Positions 31,158 to 42,488 of a stretch of DNA of 64,000 nt are shown here, one piece after another. This stretch comes from a virus (taxonomy: Duplodnaviria > Heunggongvirae > Uroviricota > Caudoviricetes), in the IMG/VR virus record IMGVR_UViG_3300042885_000900. One strand, 5' to 3'. A program made the translations under genes and the position numbers. How positions within the stretch are numbered: position 1 is the stretch's first letter; every line of letters starts with the position of its first letter. Under the pieces are notes generated by a model. It made no database searches, was not told the origin of the DNA, and saw only the letters and a list, made by a program, of their open reading frames with translations.

Positions 31158-31903
31158 AGAGTTTCGTTTAAACTTTTAAGTTTAAAATAAGTTAGTTTGT
31201 CGTATTTCTCAGATATTACCTTGGATAAGGTATCATTGATTCTGCTCTTAACTGAACTATCATCTGAAGTAGATTTCATTTTAGTTAATTTACCAACAAC
31301 ACTTTCTTTAATCACATTAAAATCTTCATTAAGTTTACTATCGTCTTCAGATAGTAATTTAATCAATTCATCTTTATCGGATTCATTTAAAGATTCTATA
31401 TAACTATTAATTGTTTGGTTGGCAATACTAACCATTGCTTTTAATGGTATATTAACACTTTCAGTTTTAGTGATAGGTAATTTTCTTAAATTTTCTGAAA
31501 TAATTTTTTTACTTTTAATTCTTGATTCAATTGTTAAAACATCTCTTGAAAATAAGTTATCAATATTATCGTAAGCGTCATTTGATTTAGAATCTTTAAC
31601 CCACTCATTTAGACTTTTAATTTCAGATGTGGATATTTTATTTACGGTATTTTCATATATAGTAATACATTCGTGAATATATTCGGTGATATACGATTCG
31701 GATAATGCTTTTGGTGAATTTAATTCATCATACATATAAAAAATTTTACTGATGTTTTTATTCTCTAACACCAATTTTTTAAAATTTTTTATTTCTTGTT
31801 TAAATGTTCCATTATTATACGATTCTAATAATACATTTTCTATTTTCGATTTTAAGATACCAAATTTTGTCATTTTTCTTTTTTTATTATAAATATCAAT
31901 CAT
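31154..31903 (-). CDS. hypothetical head-module protein
   Basis: ORF immediately downstream of portal; true start may be ATG 31873. Confidence 0.7.
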   Translation of the reverse strand: MIDIYNKKRKMTKFGILKSKIENVLLESYNNGTFKQEIKNFKKLVLENKNISKIFYMYDELNSPKALSESYITEYIHECITIYENTVNKISTSEIKSLNEWVKDSKSNDAYDNIDNLFSRDVLTIESRIKSKKIISENLRKLPITKTESVNIPLKAMVSIANQTINSYIESLNESDKDELIKLLSEDDSKLNEDFNVIKESVVGKLTKMKSTSDDSSVKSRINDTLSKVISEKYDKLTYFKLKSLNETL

Positions 31904-33761
31904 TTAGAAGTTTATCTAATTCCTTTGAAATATCTCCTAAAGAATTTCTAGATTTGGATAAATCTATATAAGAATCATCATCAGTCATATTACCACTTTC
32001 CAGTAAAATATTCCAATTTTCTTTTCTATTAAATGATTCCGGAGTTATTTCAGCTTCTCCGCCTGCTTCAGGTGCTGGTGGGAGTTCTTCACCTCCTAAT
32101 TCAGGTTCTCCACCCAAATCTGATTCTCCACCAAAATCTCCTCCTCCAAAACTACTTCCACCTCCCGGTGGTGGTGGTGCTGGAACTTCAGCTGATTGTG
32201 TTGTTCCTGATTTACTACCATATAACTTATCAATATTATCAAATATACCTGTGTGAGATATTATTGTTGCTGTATTTGTTAATTCAGCACCAACGGCTTT
32301 TTCTATTCTTTGTTGTTGTAAATCTAATTTAATTTCATCATCCGAGAATCCTAATACGTGTTTTTTAGCCCAAGTAACCGATACAGGTGCAATACCTTCT
32401 ATCGCCGTTACAGCGTCTTTATACAATAATATTTTTTCTTTCCAAACATCAATTTTTAATAAATCTGCTTGGGTAGATGGATTGGTTAAACTTAATCTAA
32501 AGTTGGATAATTCATCTTCAAACCCTAATAAAAATAAATGAACAATAGCGATTTTATTTAATTCGGCTATCATACATTTTTGTATTCTATTGATAGTTCT
32601 TGCAAAACGAATATCCTGTAATGATAAATTTTTTCCATCACCAACAGTTTCTTCAAACCCTAAAAAGGCTTTAGGAACACGAAGTGCTGTTAATAATTTC
32701 TTTTGGATATATTCAATATCAGCAATTTCCGCTAAATTCTGAGCTCCGGGCAATGTTTCTATTGGAGATGTTGCCGCTGGGTCACGAACAGGAATAAAAT
32801 AATCTTGGTCAACCGCCATTTGATTAAATCTCATATCCACGTTTCCGGTTTTAGAATCGACAACTTGGTCTCTTTTAAATTTATTGGCAACTCGTTGTAC
32901 ATATGGTTCAACATCCTTATCATCCATATTACCAACAAATACTTTAAAAACTCTTCTTTCAGGTGCTCTCGAAGTTCTATAAATTAACATCGCATCTTCA
33001 GATAACAATAATTGTTTCCAAATACGTCTAGCCTTTTCTAACATAGAAGTACCGTAAGGAAGTTTTCTATCATCACCCAATAATCTAAAATGAGCCACTT
33101 CCCAAGAGTTAAACTCCATATCTTTAGCTTTCCACTTAAATCGTAACCCTTTGTTTTCAGCAGGTTCATCAACATTTGCCGATTTTGCTGCCATACCTCG
33201 TTCTAATCTTTCAATCTCAATATTTGGTAATTGCATACAACCAACAATACCTTTTTCAGCGTCAAGTTTTAAATAGACAAAATTATCACCGTATTTACAA
33301 GTGTTTCTTGTCCACATTGGTAAATTGGTGTTAAGGTCTAAAATATTATTAAATAAATCTGAAATAATCCCTTTTATCCTTTTTGATTCTGAATAAATTT
33401 GTAACATATGACCATTTTGGTCAACTGTAGTTGATTCCTCACCATAAATGTCTAACGCTGCTGAAATTTCTGGTGTATATTCCATACTTTCGTAATCATA
33501 AAATGATGCTAAACGAGTTGGTTCGTAATAAACTGCTTGAGTATATAAATTACTCTCAATTTTTGTCCACTGATTGGCTAGATAATAAGTTTGTTGAGCC
33601 TGAAGTTTTTCTTTTTCGTACTCTGCTTGAGATGTAGTTTTTAATAATTCTTTTTTATCTAACTTATATGTTGGGTAATCTTGATTCAATAGAGCATTTG
33701 GTCCAAAAGCTCTGGATAATCTTTGCCAAACAGTTAAGTCGTTATTTTGATTGTTTTCCAT
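31896..33761 (-). CDS. portal protein (T4 gp20-like)
   Basis: YESME..PEISAALD, EDAMLIYR.SRAPERRVF, DYFIPVR, IETLPG, ALRVP, DIRFARTI. Confidence 0.93.
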   Translation of the reverse strand: MENNQNNDLTVWQRLSRAFGPNALLNQDYPTYKLDKKELLKTTSQAEYEKEKLQAQQTYYLANQWTKIESNLYTQAVYYEPTRLASFYDYESMEYTPEISAALDIYGEESTTVDQNGHMLQIYSESKRIKGIISDLFNNILDLNTNLPMWTRNTCKYGDNFVYLKLDAEKGIVGCMQLPNIEIERLERGMAAKSANVDEPAENKGLRFKWKAKDMEFNSWEVAHFRLLGDDRKLPYGTSMLEKARRIWKQLLLSEDAMLIYRTSRAPERRVFKVFVGNMDDKDVEPYVQRVANKFKRDQVVDSKTGNVDMRFNQMAVDQDYFIPVRDPAATSPIETLPGAQNLAEIADIEYIQKKLLTALRVPKAFLGFEETVGDGKNLSLQDIRFARTINRIQKCMIAELNKIAIVHLFLLGFEDELSNFRLSLTNPSTQADLLKIDVWKEKILLYKDAVTAIEGIAPVSVTWAKKHVLGFSDDEIKLDLQQQRIEKAVGAELTNTATIISHTGIFDNIDKLYGSKSGTTQSAEVPAPPPPGGGSSFGGGDFGGESDLGGEPELGGEELPPAPEAGGEAEITPESFNRKENWNILLESGNMTDDDSYIDLSKSRNSLGDISKELDKLLND

Positions 33762-33846
33762 CTTAATAATTTAAATATTTTTTTTTATTAATAAATAGTT
33801 TATAAGTTGGATTAAACTTGGTGGTTATTATTGTTATCTATCATTA

Positions 33847-35622
33847 TTAATTTACTTTATTCAATACAAAAATATCACTATAAATATTGTTTCCTGTGCT
33901 AGCAGTTCCCCATTCAACTGTCACATTTAATGTATTACCAATTGTTGTGTCAAATGTTGTGTTGTTCACTACATTAAATCCAAATCCTTGAACCGTAGCA
34001 TTGTTAGTTTTTGTGTAATGAAAACTACCTAAAGATACGACAGATGCTACACCAGCAGCTCCAAGTTGTCTAATTGTAAAATCAACATTCAAAGACCATA
34101 CATCATCTACAACACTACTTCCAAGACTTTGAATACCGCTATCTAGAAGAATAACAGAACCTGTTCTTAATCTAATTATAATAGTTTGATTATTATCAGC
34201 GTTAATAACACCACCAAAAACAGCTCTAAAGCTATCACCAACACTGAAACCATTAGCGGGTACACTTAATGTACCAACTCCTGTGCCAATAAGTGTTGAT
34301 TCAGTTGTTGTATTGGTTACAATAGTACTGTTAGTTGTTTGAGCAAATAAACCATATGATATTGATGGTGGTAGAACTGGTGAACTTCCACTTGTTCCTG
34401 ATGAACCACTTGTTCCTGATGAACCACTTGTTCCACTAGAACCATTCGCACCTGATGTTCCCGAAGAACCGCTAGTTCCTGATGAACCATCAATCCCCGC
34501 AATTGATGGTGATAATGTTGTTGTTACTTGTCCGATAGTGGCGTCGTTAAAGTACATTGTAAGTTCTTTAGTATAAGGTGAATTGATTGCAATACCATAT
34601 AATTCTATAAGAATTCTATCTGTCGGCAGAACATTAGCTGCATCAATTGGCATTGACCATAACTTTATGGTAGGGACAAGATACTTGTCTATTGGAACAG
34701 GAACGGGAGTAACAGTAGATAACAACGTAGTTGTCCCTCCAGTATGATATGCGTATATTCTCGCATATATTCCGTGGTCGGCATTTGTTGCGGTAGTATT
34801 AGCATATACTTCAAAATTCCAATTTCCACCCACAAGATTACTAATATTGGGGTCATTATTAGGTGTTATGAATGTCCCAAATAATTGTGCTGTTGCTCCT
34901 GATAATGTTTGAGATAAAGATGTTTGTCCGCTAATACTAATTAACCGGTTTAAATCATAATATGATGCACTTCCATCACCTTGGTTAGGTGTATCTCTAT
35001 TGAGGTAATAAACTAACCCTGTTGAAAATCCGTTAATACCGCTAGACCCTGAAGAACCACTAGTACCTGATGAACCACTTGTTCCACTTGTTCCCGAAGA
35101 ACCACTTGAACCATTTCCTCCGGCAGCACCTTCTAAATTAACCGTCCAACCTGAATATAACCCACTACCAGTTATTGTTTCAACATCAACCACCATATCA
35201 CCATTTGACGAGTTATAACTAACAACCATACCAATCATGTGATTAGATAAGTCATATGCGATTAACACATCTTGAGCAACACTATAACCTAAGTTAGTCC
35301 CAACAACAAAAGTCCCAGTACTTCCTGTTTGGATTGTTAAAGGTGTTGTAGATGTTGTTCTATATAAATCCCCAGAAAATCCACTAGAACCTGATGAACC
35401 TGATTCACCGCTTGTCCCACTAGTTCCTGATGAACCTGATTCACCGCTTGTCCCACTAGTTCCTGATGAACCACTAGCACCCGAAAATTGTTGAGTTAAT
35501 GCTGAAAAATAGATTGAATTGGTTTCTCCTGACGAAATAACATCGTAGTTTACAATAACCATCAACGATTCTGGTTGACCGGATAACGCTAAAGGTAATT
35601 GTGATATAGGTAAATTAGGCAT
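33847..35622 (-). CDS. fibre-like structural protein with (G-S/T-S)n repeats
   Basis: Three SGTSGSSG repeat blocks; N-terminal ISQLP motif. Confidence 0.65.
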   Translation of the reverse strand: MPNLPISQLPLALSGQPESLMVIVNYDVISSGETNSIYFSALTQQFSGASGSSGTSGTSGESGSSGTSGTSGESGSSGSSGFSGDLYRTTSTTPLTIQTGSTGTFVVGTNLGYSVAQDVLIAYDLSNHMIGMVVSYNSSNGDMVVDVETITGSGLYSGWTVNLEGAAGGNGSSGSSGTSGTSGSSGTSGSSGSSGINGFSTGLVYYLNRDTPNQGDGSASYYDLNRLISISGQTSLSQTLSGATAQLFGTFITPNNDPNISNLVGGNWNFEVYANTTATNADHGIYARIYAYHTGGTTTLLSTVTPVPVPIDKYLVPTIKLWSMPIDAANVLPTDRILIELYGIAINSPYTKELTMYFNDATIGQVTTTLSPSIAGIDGSSGTSGSSGTSGANGSSGTSGSSGTSGSSGTSGSSPVLPPSISYGLFAQTTNSTIVTNTTTESTLIGTGVGTLSVPANGFSVGDSFRAVFGGVINADNNQTIIIRLRTGSVILLDSGIQSLGSSVVDDVWSLNVDFTIRQLGAAGVASVVSLGSFHYTKTNNATVQGFGFNVVNNTTFDTTIGNTLNVTVEWGTASTGNNIYSDIFVLNKVN

Positions 35623-35624
35623 AA

Positions 35625-36614
35625 TTAATTGATTAGAATTTTATTATTATTTTCTTGGTCTAATGTAAAATAATTCTCTTGTAATAAATAGTTTGTATCT
35701 ACAATTTGTGTGGGAGTTGGTGTCATTGTTGGTGTTGGTGTTGAAGTTGGCGTTGGAAGAACAGGACATAATCTTTGTAAATCCCATCCAGTTAATCCAC
35801 CTGAAGGTCCGGTTATTCTAATAATAACATTACTGTTTATTATATAATCTGACGGAGTGTATGTCCACCATACAAATTGGTCGTAAGAACCTGTTAATGT
35901 TAAATCAAAACCTGTTTCAGTTAAAAGTTCGGTTTTTCTAGATGGTATTGGTTGGATATTTTTATAATAGGTCGGAGGAATCGTACTAAAACTAGTTCTA
36001 CCAATAAATTGATTAATATCGTATGTCTGAGCAATCGTTGGTAAATTAGTTGGTGGTACACCGTATGAATCAAATGGTCCTGAATTACCATCCGATAACA
36101 TCCCAGATGTTGATTTTTTAACACCATTATGAATTATTTCCATTTTATCCGGAACATTTCTAGCGCTAAATAGGAATAATATAACACCCCCTATTGAATC
36201 TAACGGTATTGTGTATTCGGTTACCCCAAAACCACCAGAACTATACGACTGACTACACGATACAATTGGTATATTAGTTTGTGTTGGTGTTATAGTATTA
36301 GTGGGTGTGTTAGTTGGTGTTTGAGTCGGAGTTGGGGTTGGGGTTGGTGTTGAAGTTGGTGTTTCTGTGTTTGTTGGGGTATTACTTGGTGTTGGTGACA
36401 AACCAAATGTTGGTGTTATTGATGGTGTCGGAGTTATTATCGGTGTCGAGGTTGGTGTCGAGGAAACCTCAAAATAAGAATCATTATCTTGTTTACTACT
36501 TAATTTATTGAAGCCTGGTGGAATAACCTGAACATTAAAGATATTTTGCCCATTAACAACTAGTCGTGAACCCCCAATAATATTCCCTGATTTTTTTCTA
36601 TTAACAAATCCCAT
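35625..36614 (-). CDS. Pro/Thr-repeat structural or decoration protein
   Basis: Two (PT)n linkers; VPDKMEI segment. Confidence 0.6.
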   Translation of the reverse strand: MGFVNRKKSGNIIGGSRLVVNGQNIFNVQVIPPGFNKLSSKQDNDSYFEVSSTPTSTPIITPTPSITPTFGLSPTPSNTPTNTETPTSTPTPTPTPTQTPTNTPTNTITPTQTNIPIVSCSQSYSSGGFGVTEYTIPLDSIGGVILFLFSARNVPDKMEIIHNGVKKSTSGMLSDGNSGPFDSYGVPPTNLPTIAQTYDINQFIGRTSFSTIPPTYYKNIQPIPSRKTELLTETGFDLTLTGSYDQFVWWTYTPSDYIINSNVIIRITGPSGGLTGWDLQRLCPVLPTPTSTPTPTMTPTPTQIVDTNYLLQENYFTLDQENNNKILIN

Positions 36615-36634
36615 CTTCTTTTAATTAATAAATA

Positions 36635-38404
36635 TTATCTTCCGCCAAATAACCAACCATATTTCATATAATCGTCTTTGGAAACTTGACTGGAACTAAA
36701 TTGGTTTATTCTTTCGGTTAAATTTGGCATAACCGGATTAAAAGAAATAGATTGTCCTATGTTCTGATTATTACTAACCGACCAAGAATCAATCATTGCT
36801 TTGGTATGTTCTGTTACTTTGGTTAAATTACTAAATGATGATTCCGCTACATATGTCGCCATAGCAATTGACATAATTAAATCATCGTGGTGTCCTTTTT
36901 GATGGTCAGGTCTACCATTCATATAGATAAAAGTATTCATTTCCCCACATAAACGAGTACTATAAATCTTAAATCCGTGTCTTAATACCTCTTCAAAAGA
37001 CGCAATAATCTGAACCCTTTTATTATTAAAATTTATTCCTGGTATTTTATCTAAAGCTTTTGGGTCGTATTTCCATTTATTTGATGCGTCAATACCATCA
37101 ATATATAAATTTCTATACCCCATCTCTTGCATTTTTCTTGCTGTTGATACACCCATTCCTCCGGTAATATCAATAACAACAAAACATGAATACATTGTTG
37201 CCCATTTATAGGCTATTTCTGCCATAACATCTGGTGGTATCTTCCCAACATATTCGGCAACTTGTTCATTAGTATCAAAATCAACAATTTGGAATGAACT
37301 AAAATCTTCACTATCACCCCTAGATACATCACAACCCATAATATATTTATGACCAATAACAGGTTCTTTCCATATCCAAAGAGCATTACCCATCATTTTA
37401 CTAATAGGGTCTTTAACCATATTTTCACGAATACCTTGCATCATTTTAGAATCAAATACATTATCTCCGGAACCCAAAAAGTTACATTCTAACTCTTGTG
37501 ATACTTTACGTTTGTCGTATTTTAATTTTTTAACCATCGCCTCAAACCAAGAAGAACAAGGTTTGTATCCGTCATCCATTAAAACTCTTAATTCTTTATA
37601 ATCTCTTTCGTATGGTGATATGCTCTCCCAACTAATAATTTCCTTTTCATTGTAATCTTCTTTATTTAAAAGGTAATGAATTATATCCTCGGTTTTAACT
37701 AAATATAAATCTTTAGTATAACGAGGGTCACGATACCAATACATTTCGGTAATCTTGAAGTCATTCATACCTCTTAACGCTTGGTCATAAATTTCGTAGT
37801 AAATTGGGTCGTATCCATTGGGTGTTGAAACCACAATTACTTTACCCCCCGTAGATAGGGATGCCATACAAGCAGACCAGAAATCATTATCGGCCTCAAT
37901 AAACGCCGCCTCATCAAATATTAGGATTGTAGGTGTAAATCCACGAAGTGCATCCTTTGATGTTGCAACCGCTTTAACTTCACTACCATTAAGTAATTTA
38001 TAATGTTTTTGAGCGTTTTTGTCAGGGGAAAATCCAATACCAACCCATTCAGGCCATTGGGCAACAAATGCTCTAATCTTGTTCGCCATCTCAATGGATG
38101 TATCAAGCTTATTGGCAATAATCAAAACTTTTTCTGGTTTTGTTTTTTTGGCAAACGATAATTTCATTGACGCCCAAGCTGCGGTAACGGTTGTTACACC
38201 TGCTTGTCGGTATTTTAACGCAATGTTTTCGTTGTTGTTTTCGTAATCCTCAAGTAAGGTTATTTGGTCGGGGAATAATTCTAATGGGACATATTTTGAA
38301 ACAGTATTGTCATAAGTCTGTAGATACGTCTTTAACGCGTAACTTACATCCTTATGACATTTTACATATTCTATTAATACTTGTTCTCTTGTTAAATTTG
38401 ACAT
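36635..38404 (-). CDS. terminase large subunit (T4 gp17-like)
   Basis: KYRQAGVTT, LIFDEAAF, VSTPNG, QELEC.FLG, GCDVSRG, HDDLIMS. Confidence 0.93.
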   Translation of the reverse strand: MSNLTREQVLIEYVKCHKDVSYALKTYLQTYDNTVSKYVPLELFPDQITLLEDYENNNENIALKYRQAGVTTVTAAWASMKLSFAKKTKPEKVLIIANKLDTSIEMANKIRAFVAQWPEWVGIGFSPDKNAQKHYKLLNGSEVKAVATSKDALRGFTPTILIFDEAAFIEADNDFWSACMASLSTGGKVIVVSTPNGYDPIYYEIYDQALRGMNDFKITEMYWYRDPRYTKDLYLVKTEDIIHYLLNKEDYNEKEIISWESISPYERDYKELRVLMDDGYKPCSSWFEAMVKKLKYDKRKVSQELECNFLGSGDNVFDSKMMQGIRENMVKDPISKMMGNALWIWKEPVIGHKYIMGCDVSRGDSEDFSSFQIVDFDTNEQVAEYVGKIPPDVMAEIAYKWATMYSCFVVIDITGGMGVSTARKMQEMGYRNLYIDGIDASNKWKYDPKALDKIPGINFNNKRVQIIASFEEVLRHGFKIYSTRLCGEMNTFIYMNGRPDHQKGHHDDLIMSIAMATYVAESSFSNLTKVTEHTKAMIDSWSVSNNQNIGQSISFNPVMPNLTERINQFSSSQVSKDDYMKYGWLFGGR

Positions 38405-38423
38405 ACATTGTCGTTTTGTTTGT

Positions 38424-39785
38424 TTAGAACCCTAGTTCTGACAAATCAAAATCATCAAAGTCGTCATCACCGTAGTCGTCGTTATCTTCATCATCGGAAC
38501 CCATTTTTTCATCATATTCGTCTTTTTTCAAATCCTCAACGATTTCATTTACCATTCTTTGGATAAATTCACCACCTTTTGGGTCACCTTGTAAAATTAA
38601 TTTAGCAACTCTCATAAATTCTGGTGCCGATAATTTTGAAAATCTAACAAATAAGTAATGTTGGATATGTTTCATATCATCGTCAAATAATTTGTCAGGA
38701 TATGATTCAATAAATTTTTCCCAAAATATTGGTCCTAATCTAGAATCCCATACCTCAGCAGGTAAAGTATCTTCAGCTCCTAAAACCATTTCAGCTTGTC
38801 TTGGGTCATCAGGTAAACCGTGAGTACCAAACACTTCATAAACACCTTTCACTAATTCGTGAATTAATAAAGGGAATGTCATTGCTTTCGCTTTAACTGT
38901 TGGTGGGTCAGTTTCTTCATCAACCTCACTTTGACCCATTTGACCACCACCTCCGGCTGCCATACCTTCCATATCCGGATATAACCAATATAAATGTTCC
39001 ATTAATGATTGGGTTACACCATAAAGATTTAATAAATTAGGGTCTAGTCTATTGATTTCGTCGCTAAGTAAAACATACATATGTCCACCTTTAAACGCTG
39101 CTCCTTGTATAAGAGAATTAATCATTCTTCTTTTTGCCTTCTCTAAATTAAATTGTTCAAATTCGTCGGCAAAATCTTGTAATTCTTCACTATGTTCTTC
39201 AGCCTTTTTAAACGCGTCTTTAACTTCTTCTTCACTAGGTTGTGTCGGTTCCGCTTGCATTCCTTGAGCAGCACCCATTGGTCGTTGGATAAGTTGAGCA
39301 TCAAATTGTAAAGACCCTTCAGGTATACCCAATTCTTTTTTAACTAAATTAACTGCCAAATTCTCAAGATATTCTTTATTTTGAGATTCAACTCTCATAA
39401 TTTGTTGTAGACTATTCATTACGGTTTGCATAATGTTCATCATAGGGTTATTTCCTTGTATAGCGGAAGTATCACCCAAGTAACGTCTTACTTTATCAAC
39501 AGAGTCTTTAAAACGCTTTGAGGAGATAACCTCAATATAATCAGTATCACCATCTTTTGGTAATGCTGGATGTTCAGCGTAAGGAGTTTGTCTTGAAGTT
39601 ATTTTTCTCTCAATACCTGGTTCCATTCTTTCAGGACCTTCATAACTAATTGGAGCCTCTTTTAAATTAGATTTAATTTCGTTTAAAATTGACTGTTCTC
39701 TTTTTGTTAAACCTTCGTTAACTAATTTTTTTTCTAAATTCGCCTTTGATTTCAATATCTTTTCCATTTTTAAATTTACACTCAT
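38424..39785 (-). CDS. conserved hypothetical protein
   Basis: 453 aa; FPLLIHELVKG (HExxK, zincin-like but lacking the second His). Confidence 0.65.
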   Translation of the reverse strand: MSVNLKMEKILKSKANLEKKLVNEGLTKREQSILNEIKSNLKEAPISYEGPERMEPGIERKITSRQTPYAEHPALPKDGDTDYIEVISSKRFKDSVDKVRRYLGDTSAIQGNNPMMNIMQTVMNSLQQIMRVESQNKEYLENLAVNLVKKELGIPEGSLQFDAQLIQRPMGAAQGMQAEPTQPSEEEVKDAFKKAEEHSEELQDFADEFEQFNLEKAKRRMINSLIQGAAFKGGHMYVLLSDEINRLDPNLLNLYGVTQSLMEHLYWLYPDMEGMAAGGGGQMGQSEVDEETDPPTVKAKAMTFPLLIHELVKGVYEVFGTHGLPDDPRQAEMVLGAEDTLPAEVWDSRLGPIFWEKFIESYPDKLFDDDMKHIQHYLFVRFSKLSAPEFMRVAKLILQGDPKGGEFIQRMVNEIVEDLKKDEYDEKMGSDDEDNDDYGDDDFDDFDLSELGF

Positions 39786-40714
39786 TACCCTTTAAGTTTA
39801 ATACCTATTTCATTAAAAGACAACCAACTTGGTAAATTCTTTTTAATTGCTTTCGGAGCTGGTTTAGGACCTGGTTTAGGACTATATGGTGACCCCGGTT
39901 TTTTAGGTTTTGTTCCCGGTTTAACCGTTGGTCTTGCCGGAGCAATTTCAGGAGATTGTTCACCAATTTCTTTTTTCGCCTTTGGAGCTGGTTTAACACC
40001 AGGTTTAGGTTTGTAAGGAGAATCAGTTCCCGGTTTTGTTGTTGGTTTAGTTTTTGGTTTTGCCGGAGCAATTTCTGACCCTTCATCTAAAAGACTTAAA
40101 AAATCTTTTTTACTCATTTTTGGGGTAATGTGTTTCTCAACTAATTTTGTAATTCTATTTTCTAATTCACTTACAAATTTAGGGTTTGGTTGGACTTGTC
40201 CTACTTTATTTGACATAATTTTAGTGTGTGCGTTTTGTACCATATCTAAATAACCTTCTTTAGTTTCCGTTTTCTTTTCAGGTAGTTTGGCAAAGTTAGT
40301 CTTTTTTGAGAATTCATCCGCCATTTTACACCATTTTTTTTGTTCTTTGGTTTTTCCGTCACCACATTTAGAGAAGAAATATTTTTGTTGTTTTTTAGAT
40401 TCAAATTTTTCATCTACTTCTCCTTCAACTGTTTCATCTTTTTCAGACACAACCGTTAATTTTTTAGTTGCCGGGTCTATACTCATTGGAACACCTTTTT
40501 TAGACATCAAATCTTGAGCAGCTTTTCTATCAGCATCTACCGCTGGGTCAAATGTAGTTGTTGTTGAGGTTTTTGTGACCGATTCTTTAGTGTCTTTTTT
40601 AGATTCCACTAATTTACCAAACAATAGATTAACTTGAGATTCAGTCAAATTTTCTAAAGTGGATGGTTTTAATCCGTGACCAATTAATTTTAATTTTTTT
40701 TGATTAGTGTTCAT
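39785..40714 (-). CDS. Lys/Pro-rich hypothetical protein
   Basis: Duplicated EIAPA.P..KP....SPY.PKPG.KPAPKA unit; FESKKQQKYF motif. Confidence 0.65.
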   Translation of the reverse strand: MNTNQKKLKLIGHGLKPSTLENLTESQVNLLFGKLVESKKDTKESVTKTSTTTTFDPAVDADRKAAQDLMSKKGVPMSIDPATKKLTVVSEKDETVEGEVDEKFESKKQQKYFFSKCGDGKTKEQKKWCKMADEFSKKTNFAKLPEKKTETKEGYLDMVQNAHTKIMSNKVGQVQPNPKFVSELENRITKLVEKHITPKMSKKDFLSLLDEGSEIAPAKPKTKPTTKPGTDSPYKPKPGVKPAPKAKKEIGEQSPEIAPARPTVKPGTKPKKPGSPYSPKPGPKPAPKAIKKNLPSWLSFNEIGIKLKG

Positions 40715-41114
40715 ATATAATTGTTTTTTCAAATTCTAAAACGATATCTCGTTCATATAATTTATTTTTAACCGATTCTTCGGTTTCTCCAAATTTAAAA
40801 ACCAACCTTTTTTGGTGGTTAAAATCAACATCATCGTTTTCATTTTCCCAAGACAATGAGATAATACCATCAATAGTATCAATCATTGAGAAATAGTCAG
40901 AGTTTTGAATTACTGACATTGTTATAACGTCATTCTTCAAAACTCCTACTTTTTTTATATGTTCTAAATCAGGTGGTAATGGGTAACCGTTAGATGGTTT
41001 TGAATCCCAATTTTCCCCCCAAATATTTTCTGAACTATCCGAAAAAATAAATTCATATATGTTATCACCCTTATAATTTGGTCCTAATTCATTAACATAT
41101 ATTAAATAATTCAT
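40704..41114 (-). CDS. hypothetical protein
   Basis: 136-aa ORF in operon. Confidence 0.7.
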   Translation of the reverse strand: MNYLIYVNELGPNYKGDNIYEFIFSDSSENIWGENWDSKPSNGYPLPPDLEHIKKVGVLKNDVITMSVIQNSDYFSMIDTIDGIISLSWENENDDVDFNHQKRLVFKFGETEESVKNKLYERDIVLEFEKTIIYEH

Positions 41115-42412
41115 TACAATATTTGACCTTTGGTGTTTACTCTTAATTGTTTATTGTTCATTTCAAACACTAAATTATTTTTGTTAGTTTTACCAATTAA
41201 TTTTGCTTCAGGATATTTGTTAATCACTTTAGTTGATGCAACTTCTTGAGAAATACTTTCAGAAAGTTTTTTAATATTACTAATTTTTTCTTTTCTAATT
41301 TCTTTTAATGAATTTGATTTTTCTAATTTAGATTCTAAAAGTTGTTTTTCTTTTTCATTAATTTTAAAATATTTTTCTAAAATACTATCAACTTTTGATT
41401 CACTGAATAATCCCTCAATCATTTCTTCCATACGACTAGAGTGGTCATTACTCATAGATTGATGTCTATGTCTAGGTTTTCTATAGTTTGGTAATTCATC
41501 TTCAATGTCGTCAGGGTTTTCATCCTGAACATCTTCATAACCAAATCCTTCACCCATTTCACCACTTGGTACTTCAGGTTGTAATTCGTCGTCACCCATT
41601 TCTTCAGAACCCATTTCGTCTTGACCTTCATCATTTCCACCATCAAAAGGATTTTCATCTTCAATACCTTCTAATTTATTCATAATATCTTCTTTATCTT
41701 CTTCTTCTAAAGATTCTAAATCTAAAGCCGATAAAATAGAGTTGATAACATATTTTACATCTTTTGATGAAAGATTTTCTTCTTCACTATCTTCAAGGAT
41801 TCTTAATTTTTGAGCTAATTTCCCTGTCAATTTTTGAATAACTTTAAGGTTAACAACCTCATCGTCCATTTCTTGGTCATCACCTAAATCCATATCTTCT
41901 TCCGGTTCAGGTAAATCTAATTCTTCTTCAGGTGCCGGAGCGGGTGCAGGTGCGGGTGCCGGAGCGGGTGCTGGTGCAGAAGCCGGAGCGGCAGCAGGGG
42001 CTACTTGTTCTGTAGCATCTATTTTTAAAATATATTTCGTAGCGTCATTATCGCTTTCAAAAAATAAATTAACATTATTTTCTTGACCTTCGTTAACATT
42101 AATTTCTTTCGCAATTAAGTTAAGTCTTTTAAAGGCTTGTGAATATGATGAATAATATTTTCTATTTTTCATAGGGTCTAAATAATCACCTTCACCGGTA
42201 GATTCTGATATTGTTTTTTTAATTACATAACCATTTCTTTCTTTAACAATTTGATAATTGTTTCCGTCAGCCAATACTTTATTATATTCAACTGATTTAT
42301 TCTCATTAATTGAATTTGGAGTATTTTCTTTATATCTGGCAATTTCCATTATACGAGCAATTTTTTCCATACCCTCTAATTTTTCACTACCAATTGGTTT
42401 TAATTTTCCCAT
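41114..42412 (-). CDS. acidic hypothetical protein with (AP)n linker
   Basis: 432 aa; late motif upstream. Confidence 0.7.
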   Translation of the reverse strand: MGKLKPIGSEKLEGMEKIARIMEIARYKENTPNSINENKSVEYNKVLADGNNYQIVKERNGYVIKKTISESTGEGDYLDPMKNRKYYSSYSQAFKRLNLIAKEINVNEGQENNVNLFFESDNDATKYILKIDATEQVAPAAAPASAPAPAPAPAPAPAPAPEEELDLPEPEEDMDLGDDQEMDDEVVNLKVIQKLTGKLAQKLRILEDSEEENLSSKDVKYVINSILSALDLESLEEEDKEDIMNKLEGIEDENPFDGGNDEGQDEMGSEEMGDDELQPEVPSGEMGEGFGYEDVQDENPDDIEDELPNYRKPRHRHQSMSNDHSSRMEEMIEGLFSESKVDSILEKYFKINEKEKQLLESKLEKSNSLKEIRKEKISNIKKLSESISQEVASTKVINKYPEAKLIGKTNKNNLVFEMNNKQLRVNTKGQIL

Positions 42413-42488
42413 TTTTTTATTTTTGTTTTTTAAATTAATTTATATATAAATATATTCAGAATTAAAAATGTTGAGATTTTAATTCTTT

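Noticed and set aside
34380-35480. Short tandem DNA repeats (gttcctgatgaaccac)
   Set aside because: Fully explained by Ser-Gly-Thr protein repeats.
36635-38404. Intein or intron in terminase, portal or capsid genes
   Set aside because: Motifs are contiguous, with no intein splice motifs or frame breaks seen.
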